Shown piece after piece: positions 27,407-35,102 of a stretch of DNA of 35,102 bases. The notes under the pieces are model-generated. The model saw nothing but the letters and a program-made list of their open reading frames with translations. It was not told where the DNA came from and made no database searches. Position 1 is the first letter of the stretch; every line of letters begins with the position of its first letter. The stretch lies in assembly GCA_048939765.1 (NCBI GenBank), contig JBHLPF010000031.1, positions 8,306 to 43,407 of the forward strand, given 5' to 3'. The DNA is from Promethearchaeota archaeon (GTDB lineage: Archaea > Asgardarchaeota > Thorarchaeia > Thorarchaeales > Thorarchaeaceae). Both the position numbers and the translations under genes were made by a program.

Positions 27407-28924
27407 ATGACCGTGATGGATCAATCCGCAGAAGGTTTTCGCAGTCTCTCGCCTGCCGAGTTCTTTTACAGGAATCGCCAAATGGCAGGATTTGGGAACT
27501 CAACGCAGGCTGTCTATTCTGCTGTGCGAGAGCTCGTTGAAAACAGCTTGGATGCCTGCGAAGATGCACAGCGCATTCCACACGTAAGAGTCGATATAGC
27601 TGCTCAGTCTTCTGATATATTGTATATCAGTGTTGCTGATAACGGACCAGGGCTTCCCTATCAGAACGTACCTGAATCATTTGGTAGAGTTCTATATGGC
27701 AGCAAATATGACCTCAGGCAAAAGAGAGGTACTTTTGGACTTGGAGTGACGATGGCCATCCTGTACGGCCAAATCACTACAGATTCACCAGTCGTTGTTC
27801 ACACTCAAAACTGCTCGGGACCGGGAAAGGTCTATAGCCTCCTGATTGACATCGAAGAGAACTTGCCGATCATTGAGAGTGTACGGGAAGAGGTCAGACC
27901 CACAGATGGTACAACTGTGACTCTCACGCTCCGAGGTGATTTGAAGCGGTCTTCGGAAAGGGTCGTTGAATACGCTAGACTGACCACTATTGCTTCTCCT
28001 CATGCTGTTATCGAGTTGGCCTTCAACAGCAACGAAATGACTAGAGTAGGCGGTTGGATCCAGGGCATTCCGGAAAATCCTATGCCCTCCAAGCCGCACC
28101 CCAAATCTACGGATCTGGAATTGCTGCGGAGATTGATAATAAGGAGCCCTTCCAAGAAAATCCACGATTTCCTAATCGATGAGTTTCAGCAATTGGGTCC
28201 AAGAACCGCTATAAGATTTCTGAAATTCATTGGTCTTAATAGAGATGTCAAGATGGAGTCTCTCACACGTGCCGATATCGCGCGTCTGAGTTCATCTCTA
28301 CGCCGATATGATGGATTTGGGCGTCCTGATAGCAGGTGCCTCAGTCCAATTGGTGAGGGCCCCTTCCTGGTCTCTATAGACTCTCTCTTTCATCCCTCAT
28401 GGAAGCAGTATTCGAAACAGACGACTTCGGAGTGGCAGGGTAATCCCTTCTTCGTGGAAGGAACCATTGCTTTTGGGGGCGAGTTTTCACATGTAGATAT
28501 GCCGACCCTCTATCGCTTTGCAAATAGAGTCCCCCTTCTCTATGATGCGAGCGAAGACGTAATGACCAAGATTGTGAAGCGAATCAATTGGAAGCATTAC
28601 GGGCTCTCCATGTCTCTACCCGTTGCGCTCTTCATCCATTTTGGTTCGACAAAAGTGCCGTACAGAGCAGCTGGAAAGCAGTCATTGGCGCATATGGCAG
28701 AGATTGAAGTTGAGGTCACCAGTCTTATTCGAAAGCTTGGACGTGCACTGAGGAAACACACGGGTCGCCGCGATAAAGCCAGACGAGACTCAAGAAAGAT
28801 GCGTGAATTCTCAGAGATGTTTGGAATAATTGCCAAATATGGTTCAGCTCTTGCAGATTCAGAGCCACCCCCGTCTACAACACATATGGTCGAATCTCTG
28901 TTTGAGGTAAACACTGATGTCTGA
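27407..28924 (+). CDS. top6B: DNA topoisomerase VI subunit B
   Basis: SPAEFF, RELVENSLDA, DNGPG, RGTFGLG, RFANRVPLLY, AGKQS. Confidence 0.95.
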   Translation: MTVMDQSAEGFRSLSPAEFFYRNRQMAGFGNSTQAVYSAVRELVENSLDACEDAQRIPHVRVDIAAQSSDILYISVADNGPGLPYQNVPESFGRVLYGSKYDLRQKRGTFGLGVTMAILYGQITTDSPVVVHTQNCSGPGKVYSLLIDIEENLPIIESVREEVRPTDGTTVTLTLRGDLKRSSERVVEYARLTTIASPHAVIELAFNSNEMTRVGGWIQGIPENPMPSKPHPKSTDLELLRRLIIRSPSKKIHDFLIDEFQQLGPRTAIRFLKFIGLNRDVKMESLTRADIARLSSSLRRYDGFGRPDSRCLSPIGEGPFLVSIDSLFHPSWKQYSKQTTSEWQGNPFFVEGTIAFGGEFSHVDMPTLYRFANRVPLLYDASEDVMTKIVKRINWKHYGLSMSLPVALFIHFGSTKVPYRAAGKQSLAHMAEIEVEVTSLIRKLGRALRKHTGRRDKARRDSRKMREFSEMFGIIAKYGSALADSEPPPSTTHMVESLFEVNTDV

Positions 28925-29966
28925 GCAAAATCCAATCAACATACTCACGGCAATGGGGATGCAGATTAATGAAGCCATAACCGACGGGAGATTTCCAACA
29001 ATAGATATTCCTAATCGAGGCACAGATAATCTTGAATTCGATCCAGAATTGGAGCAATTTGTGCTTGGAAACTCTCGAGTTATGAGAAACTCAAGCAATC
29101 AGAAACATATCCGAAGTTTTGCTCAACTCATATGGGTGGCATATTTCGCGAAGCAACTCTTGAAGAGTAATCGGACAAGTTCATTGAGGGACCTATATTA
29201 CTCCAGTGAAGCCTTTGGAGTAAGATTCAGTGACCAAGCGGAATCAGACCGCATCGTTACGGACCTTGAGTGTTTGACAGGTAAACCGCGTGAGGTCTTT
29301 GGTATCTTCCCGGAGGAACACTCGGCCATTTTTGGATCAGTCAAGATGAGCTACACAGTCCCTGGATATGAAGGACAAGAGGTTGACCTGACCTTGAGTC
29401 CTGATGGCTTTCCAATAGGACGGGCCCTGATGACATCTGAGCCTCTTGAAACAGATGCAGAGATGATTTTGGCGGTTGAGTCTGGTGGTATGTTCTCCCG
29501 ACTGATTGAAACCTTGGCCTGGAAACGCTACCGTGCGATTCTTGTACAACTTGGGGGCCAACCTCCAAGGTCCACACGTGCTCTGATGCGAACACTGCAT
29601 GAGGCCTTCGGACTCCCTGTGTTTCTATTCACTGACGGTGATCCCTGGGGGATGCATATAGCTCAAGTTGTGAAGAGTGGCAGTGCTAATGCCGCTCACA
29701 TCCCAGGTCTGACAATACCAGCCGCTGAGTGGATTGGAGTGACCCCAGCTGACATCCAGGACTACTCACTTCCATCTGAACCAATGACTGGCGCAGACCT
29801 CAAACGACTAGACGAACTTGCACGGGATGTCAGATATGCAAGAAAAGATTGGCAGAAACACATTACTGAGTTTCAAGGGCTGCGAAGAAAAGCTGAGCAA
29901 CAAGCCTTCAGTAGATATGGAATGGACTTTGTAGTCGACACGTACCTTCCTGACAAACTACAATGA
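28917..29966 (+). CDS. top6A: DNA topoisomerase VI subunit A
   Basis: LRDLYY catalytic Tyr, TOPRIM AVE and TDGDPWG, KAEQQA; overlaps top6B by 8 nt. Confidence 0.95.
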   Translation: MSEQNPINILTAMGMQINEAITDGRFPTIDIPNRGTDNLEFDPELEQFVLGNSRVMRNSSNQKHIRSFAQLIWVAYFAKQLLKSNRTSSLRDLYYSSEAFGVRFSDQAESDRIVTDLECLTGKPREVFGIFPEEHSAIFGSVKMSYTVPGYEGQEVDLTLSPDGFPIGRALMTSEPLETDAEMILAVESGGMFSRLIETLAWKRYRAILVQLGGQPPRSTRALMRTLHEAFGLPVFLFTDGDPWGMHIAQVVKSGSANAAHIPGLTIPAAEWIGVTPADIQDYSLPSEPMTGADLKRLDELARDVRYARKDWQKHITEFQGLRRKAEQQAFSRYGMDFVVDTYLPDKLQ

Positions 29967-31010
29967 TATCACTCTAGAGAATGCCAGCAGGAACACTGCA
30001 CTAAAGGCAATAATTGCCTGCAGTAGTATCAACAGAGCAACGTTCCTCTTCTCTGTGACATTCTCTGAAAGGTATGGCAGCAACCAATACATGGTGAATG
30101 GGCCCTCGACTTCGAGAGTGCCGTCTTCTCTTGGACTGGCAAACTTCACATACTCGATTCCTCTGCGGTGTACATGGAGTCTATAAAAGATGTATAGGAG
30201 AAAATTGAGACCGAATGGTGCATATAGGAAAATGGCCAGTCTGTCCATGTTTCCTAAGATGAGTGCCGTAGCTATGGCTGCACCCATTGGAAGTCTTCCA
30301 ACGTCTCCAGGCAGTATCCTTGCGGGATATCTGTTGAAAATGAGAAATGCAATGGATGCACCAAGAAGTGCTCCAGCAACTACTCCTGAGTCAAGAAGTG
30401 CCGGCGTGGTTTCGATTCCATCAGTGAGTGATAGGAGCACCACATATAGAATAAGAGCTGCAGAGTTGATTGACGAGAGGCCTGCCTCTAGGCCATTCAT
30501 TCCTCCATACATATTGGTGGAATCGATGATGAATGTCATCATCAGAGGAATTATCACGAGGGGATAGAGCACGCCAAGGTCAACAGTCCCAATTAATGGA
30601 ATTGACATTGTGGTGGTACCTACTTGCATGGCCATCATCGGGATGGATGCAAGCATTGGGAGTGCTACCTTGGTCCTATTCTTGAAGTCAAGATTATCAT
30701 CCAATAACCCAATCATGCCTGCAAGGAGGATTGAAACCAGTGCAGCTAAGAGTCCTGTATCGACTTCTTGACCCTGAAAGGTTGTTATTCCAATCACGAT
30801 TAGCAAAGATGCCACGATCGCAAATAGAACTACAAACCCGCCACCTTTCGGCACCTCTGGCTTGTTGGATTTATGGACATCCACTCCTACTATGCCCTTT
30901 TCTTTTAGGATCTGGATTATGCTAGGCATAGTAAAGAGTACTATCAAGAATGCAAGAATGATACCTATGAGGACGGTCAGCAATTGGGCTTTCTCCTTTG
31001 CCGGGCACAA
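29958..31010 (-). CDS. UDP-GlcNAc:dolichyl-phosphate GlcNAc-1-P transferase (DPAGT1/Alg7/AglH-like, MraY family)
   Basis: GVDVHK...VPKGGG, GLLDD, NMYGGMNGLEAG, FNRYPARILPGDVG. Confidence 0.88.
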   Translation of the reverse strand: MCPAKEKAQLLTVLIGIILAFLIVLFTMPSIIQILKEKGIVGVDVHKSNKPEVPKGGGFVVLFAIVASLLIVIGITTFQGQEVDTGLLAALVSILLAGMIGLLDDNLDFKNRTKVALPMLASIPMMAMQVGTTTMSIPLIGTVDLGVLYPLVIIPLMMTFIIDSTNMYGGMNGLEAGLSSINSAALILYVVLLSLTDGIETTPALLDSGVVAGALLGASIAFLIFNRYPARILPGDVGRLPMGAAIATALILGNMDRLAIFLYAPFGLNFLLYIFYRLHVHRRGIEYVKFASPREDGTLEVEGPFTMYWLLPYLSENVTEKRNVALLILLQAIIAFSAVFLLAFSRVISL

Positions 31011-31167
31011 CTACGCCCCTTTTTTACACTTTCGGATAGAAGAATGCAGTGGTACAACGATTCGCATGACGAAACCTATTTAACGAGTCCAGAGGTTCGA
31101 GCGCATCGTTCGCGGCCTATCTAGTAGACAGTATACCGCGAACCCTATTGAATCACGGTGATTTGGA

Positions 31168-34146
31168 TTGAGCCTGCTGCATAGACGGATAGGGACAATC
31201 GCGATAATGGCGCTATTTTTAACAAGTGGCGTCCTCGCTTTGGTTCCCTCAACAGGAACATGGGACTCTAACAATATGGCTCATGATGCAACGCAGCTAA
31301 GCTCAGTGGCCGAGTCCTCGAACCTTGTATCAGTTGCATTTGCGGACCGACACTATGGAGCTGCTGACGGGATTATTGACCCTTGGGAATATGCGTCTAA
31401 CTACACAGATCCTGTGACTGGTATAACGGCGTATCTGGAACATAACGGTACGAATCTCTATCTCGGATTAGAGGCTCCGACTTCTGGCTGGATTGGTGTG
31501 GGCTGGCAGAACTATACAGATGGCTTCACCACAGCTGGGCTGAACAACAGCGATCTAATCATTGGTTATGCGCCAGGCACTCCATCAGATGAATTCTGGA
31601 GGGCAATTGGCACCGACTCTGTGACAGTTCACTATATCTTGACTCTTCCCAACGGTACAATACTGCAGGAAAACGATTTTCCAGATGACGAATCAACAGA
31701 CGAGCTAGCTAATCTTCCCTCGCTTGCAATGTATCGAGAATCAATCTTCGGAATGAGAATCGGTGAGGTGCGTCACTTCATAATTCCTGCGACTGAGGCC
31801 TATACTGATCCGACTCACAACCTCTATGGACTTGACCTTGAATATGAAATAACTCTTACGAGAATAACTAGAGCAGGAACAACAAGGAGAGTGAATCCTG
31901 CTGATAAAAGTCAGATCGTATACAGCGATGAACACGGTGTGAGCACCCTCCAGCATATTGCCGATGTTAATCAGGATAGAATACTCTCCGCTAATGCATC
32001 AGATGATGGCGCTACTACTCAAGTGGAATACGTCATTGCCATGAATACAACAGATTCGGATGACATCCCACTCCTCAATAGCACCGATTTCATGTATCCG
32101 TTCCTCTTTATGTTCAGCAATACAGAAAACACTGCTGACCTTCCTACTCTACGCACCCACTGGTCTGCAACTCCAAGATTGCAGCTGGTTCCGAATGCAG
32201 GTCCCACCCTTATCATAGAGAGTCCTTTCTCTGGAGCGACTCTGTCATGGATTGCAGCTATTGAGGTCAACGCCACTGATAACACTCGGGTAGAGAATGT
32301 CCAATATCGATTGGATGATGAAGAATCATGGAATGATATGGCATTCAATCAAGAAACTACGTTCTGGGAAGCTCGTTTGGATCTGACCGACTACGAGGAG
32401 GGCCCTCATACTATCTGGTTCAATGCTACAGATCCATCAAATGCGACAGGCACTGCTTCTGTTGACTTCAATTTGGACCGTCCATTCATTCCTCTGCTTG
32501 GAATGCGCCTTGATGTGGATAGAACTATAGGCACAGAGTCATACATGCGAACCAGAGTTACGGACAAGTTCACTGTCACCAACAACGGCTCTTCTGTGAT
32601 ATCTGCAATAGAGATGTATCTTCCAATGGGGTGGGAATCACACCTGCTTTCAGTGTCTGCAAAGGATCAAGGCGGCATTGAACTAGAGGTAGTTCGCCTT
32701 CAAGACCTGCATGGAATGCTACGTTGGCGCATTCATTTCGCTCAGTCAGTCAACTATGAGCAGTCCTACATACTTAGCGTGACGATGCAGATACATTCTC
32801 TCTACACAATGACTGACAGCACGAGCAAGGAGTATGAATTCACCTTCCTCAAGTTTCCAGTGATGCCTTACGTCATCAGACATGCATCTCTCGCAATGTC
32901 ATATCGGACAGGTGATTCGCAGTCTGCCAATTATCCATCTCCGGACTTCACTGCATCGAATCTAGCTCCTCTCACAATTGAGGAGTTTACCAATGGGTTC
33001 ACATCCTACACGCCGCACATTGTAGCTGATCGTACAACAGTTGTCGTGGTAGACCCTTGGGAATGGCTCTCATACAAGGAAACAATTCATGTTGACAACA
33101 TTGGACTATCACCAGAAAGTCGGCTTACATTTACAGTACCTGCCTATACAACAAATATCAAGGTCTATGACCACGTTGGTTTATTGGTTCAATCAAGACT
33201 TACGATAGAAGGCGATTGGAATGTTTCCAGGCAGATAGGCATCACCCTCTTGGAAGATAGGTTTGGGCCACAGCAGTTCCTGCCCGGCTATTCCTATGAA
33301 TTCAACATAGAATACATAGTTCAAATCAGCAAGTACGAAGAACTGGCAGTAGGCGGCAATCTTCTCGATATTCCATTTGGAGCACTTGACGATATCTTGA
33401 TCCAGCACCACCGTGTTGATTTAGTTCTGCCCTATTCTGTAAATACCCTGAGTGTTTCTGGAGAATACAGGCTATTGCATGGTGTATTTGACACAACTCT
33501 GATATATAATATGTACAACACATCCAACTACAATCCAATAGAAATACTGCTCCTGTATCAGGTATCCCCCCTCATCGCCGCAAGGCCCCTCGCCCTCACT
33601 ACAATTGTAGGTCTTCTAGCTCTTGCATATGTTTCCTATAGAGGCGTGCGCCTAGATATTGAGGGAGGTGAGTTTGATAAGGAAGACCATGTAGTCGAGG
33701 AGCAGCGCCAGACCGGAGCCCCACCAGAACTACTTCGCGAATTCGCAAACCTCTACTCAAGGAAGACCGCCCTCAATATGGACCTTGAGAAATTGGAAGC
33801 TGCAAGAAGGCGAGGCAAGGTGAAGAAGAGGGAGTTCATGATTCGTGAGCGAGATATCAAGTCGCAGCTCGATACGATTGACTCCGATCTTCCTAAGGTA
33901 AAAGAGGAACTATCGGCTTATGGTGCCAGATACCGTGATATGGTATCTCAGTTGGAGCTTTATAACGAGCGGATTGAAGGTGCGAAAGCAGGACTTCGTC
34001 AGCTTCTGCTTCGGAAGAAGAAGCAGCGAATCAGTCGAGTTGCCTTCGAAAAGTCCCGTCAAGACTATCTCAAGACGATTCAGAAAGCGACAAGTGCGAT
34101 TGACCGTACTCTTTTGACCATCCAAGAGGAAGCCGGCGACCTTTAA
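31168..34146 (+). CDS. Ribophorin-I (OST1/RPN1)-like type I membrane protein with N-terminal DOMON-like, FKBP-like and Ig domains
   Basis: Signal peptide. DOMON-like GWIGVGW..DLIIGY. FKBP-like VTVHY..GMRIGEVRHFIIP..AY. Ig-like VNATDNTRVENVQYRLD. RPN1-like R..VDPW.....ETIHVDN...VP......VYDHVG...RF. One TM, then a basic helical tail. Confidence 0.7.
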   Translation: MSLLHRRIGTIAIMALFLTSGVLALVPSTGTWDSNNMAHDATQLSSVAESSNLVSVAFADRHYGAADGIIDPWEYASNYTDPVTGITAYLEHNGTNLYLGLEAPTSGWIGVGWQNYTDGFTTAGLNNSDLIIGYAPGTPSDEFWRAIGTDSVTVHYILTLPNGTILQENDFPDDESTDELANLPSLAMYRESIFGMRIGEVRHFIIPATEAYTDPTHNLYGLDLEYEITLTRITRAGTTRRVNPADKSQIVYSDEHGVSTLQHIADVNQDRILSANASDDGATTQVEYVIAMNTTDSDDIPLLNSTDFMYPFLFMFSNTENTADLPTLRTHWSATPRLQLVPNAGPTLIIESPFSGATLSWIAAIEVNATDNTRVENVQYRLDDEESWNDMAFNQETTFWEARLDLTDYEEGPHTIWFNATDPSNATGTASVDFNLDRPFIPLLGMRLDVDRTIGTESYMRTRVTDKFTVTNNGSSVISAIEMYLPMGWESHLLSVSAKDQGGIELEVVRLQDLHGMLRWRIHFAQSVNYEQSYILSVTMQIHSLYTMTDSTSKEYEFTFLKFPVMPYVIRHASLAMSYRTGDSQSANYPSPDFTASNLAPLTIEEFTNGFTSYTPHIVADRTTVVVVDPWEWLSYKETIHVDNIGLSPESRLTFTVPAYTTNIKVYDHVGLLVQSRLTIEGDWNVSRQIGITLLEDRFGPQQFLPGYSYEFNIEYIVQISKYEELAVGGNLLDIPFGALDDILIQHHRVDLVLPYSVNTLSVSGEYRLLHGVFDTTLIYNMYNTSNYNPIEILLLYQVSPLIAARPLALTTIVGLLALAYVSYRGVRLDIEGGEFDKEDHVVEEQRQTGAPPELLREFANLYSRKTALNMDLEKLEAARRRGKVKKREFMIRERDIKSQLDTIDSDLPKVKEELSAYGARYRDMVSQLELYNERIEGAKAGLRQLLLRKKKQRISRVAFEKSRQDYLKTIQKATSAIDRTLLTIQEEAGDL

Positions 34147-34217
34147 CAGTGGTTAGTCAGCTTTCGCAAGTCTTATCATAGGAACCAACAAGTGGATTTT
34201 CCCCTCGAGGGCTTAAA

Positions 34218-35063
34218 ATGAAAGAATTCCTCAATCGCGATGAAGTTAGCGTCCGCGAGCTCTTGGCTCCGAATACAAAGGCCCTGCAGATGTATCAATA
34301 TCTTGTAGGCTCTCCCAAAGTCCAATCATACCTTAAGACTGCAAATAGAATGGCCGTTTCTAGACTGGGATACACAGACCACGGACATGTTCATGCTGAA
34401 GTAGCCACTTGGAATGCACTAAAGGCCTTTGACATCTTGGACGAAACATTCCAGCCCAACATTGTAGCAGAGGAGATTGGCGACACGGATGATGCCCGTC
34501 TTGTTGTACTGGCCTCCACCTATCTCCATGATATAGGAATGGTTGTACATAGAACTGAGCATCCTCAAGCATCACTGTCGTTGGCCATCCCTGTCCTTGA
34601 ATCCAAACTGGTCGAGATATACGACGACCCCGCCAAAGCAACTGATATTCTGAGCTTCATTGCGCATGGAATTTACGCACATGATGATGACACACAGTGT
34701 TTGACATTTGAGGCTGGAGTCACTAAGATTGGCGATGGCTGCGACCTGACAAGAGGTCGTACAATCATACCTTTTCAGAAAGGAAAAGTTGACATTCACT
34801 CTGTCAGCGCCATGGCCATCCGGGACATAATCCTAGATAAGGGAGAAAAGCCGCTCAGGGTGACCGTAGCCATGGACAATCCAGCCGGGGTCTTTCAAGT
34901 CCAAGCAGTTCTCGAGAAGAAGATATCGACCTCAGGCCTTCAGGATCATGTCGAGATTCAAGTGCTTGTCAATGGTGAGAGGCTAGTTCTAACCCAAGTA
35001 AAGAGACTGTTCAGAGTCCACCAGATGGATGCATCTCCGGAGATCAGCGTGAAAGAGAAATAG
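34218..35063 (+). CDS. HD-domain metal-dependent phosphohydrolase (COG3294-like)
   Basis: RLGYTDHGHVH, YLHDIG..VHR..H, AHD, GDGCDLTRGR, IHSVSA. Confidence 0.9.
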   Translation: MKEFLNRDEVSVRELLAPNTKALQMYQYLVGSPKVQSYLKTANRMAVSRLGYTDHGHVHAEVATWNALKAFDILDETFQPNIVAEEIGDTDDARLVVLASTYLHDIGMVVHRTEHPQASLSLAIPVLESKLVEIYDDPAKATDILSFIAHGIYAHDDDTQCLTFEAGVTKIGDGCDLTRGRTIIPFQKGKVDIHSVSAMAIRDIILDKGEKPLRVTVAMDNPAGVFQVQAVLEKKISTSGLQDHVEIQVLVNGERLVLTQVKRLFRVHQMDASPEISVKEK

Positions 35064-35064
35064 A

Positions 35065-35102
35065 TGGTAGCCCCGCCAGGACTCGAACCTGGGTCTGAGA
35101 GG
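35065..35102 (-). tRNA. tRNA 3' half, probably tRNA-Gln (truncated by window edge)
   Basis: Reverse complement ...CCAGG-TTCGAGT-CCTGG-CGGGGCT-A-CCA gives a T-arm, acceptor strand and encoded CCA. CGGGGCT/U72 is typical of archaeal tRNA-Gln. The anticodon lies outside the window. Confidence 0.85.

Noticed and set aside
28917-29966. Meiotic Spo11-like function
   Set aside because: This is a canonical top6B-top6A pair in the usual aIF1A-Rio1-KH context, i.e. ordinary topoisomerase VI.
302-34799. The many 60-155 aa ORFs overlapping larger genes (e.g. 12147-12545, 18299-18766, 17445-17906, 4822-5193)
   Set aside because: They are antisense or alternate-frame shadows of well-supported genes and carry no recognisable motifs.
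1-35102. CRISPR array, transposon, provirus or defence island
   Set aside because: No regularly spaced repeats, integrase, transposase, capsid or cas genes were seen; the content is housekeeping.
35065-35102. tRNA 3' fragment as an att site of an integrated element
   Set aside because: The truncation coincides with the window edge, and no duplicate or integrase was seen within the window.

Overview
A gene-dense archaeal chromosomal region, most likely from an Asgard archaeon (Thorarchaeia-like). That assignment is inferred from the archaeal information-processing genes plus a ribophorin-I-like gene and is not database-verified. It is mostly housekeeping. DNA repair and replication: family-4 UDG, Hef, FEN1, RPA32-like, Top6B/Top6A. 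Translation and ribosome biogenesis: EF-1beta, aIF2beta, NMD3, aIF1A, Rio1, Pno1/Dim2, and a partial tRNA (probably Gln). Also present are Cdc48, RibL, a stand-alone A/V-ATPase B subunit, a deoC-aor pair and scattered glycosylation genes (GlmU, two GT-C-type membrane proteins, DPAGT1/AglH-like). No CRISPR array or mobile element was seen. Most notable observations: (1) a 992-aa ribophorin-I-like membrane protein with an N-terminal DOMON-like domain split by an FKBP-like insertion plus an Ig domain, set head-to-head with the GlcNAc-1-P transferase; (2) DeoC with a 4-Cys tail coupled to an aldehyde:ferredoxin oxidoreductase; (3) probable CTG start codons; (4) a tandem VirB2/CedA1-like pilin candidate; (5) a small wHTH gene flanked by structured non-coding elements, one resembling a K-turn/SECIS. 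All family assignments are by eye from motifs.
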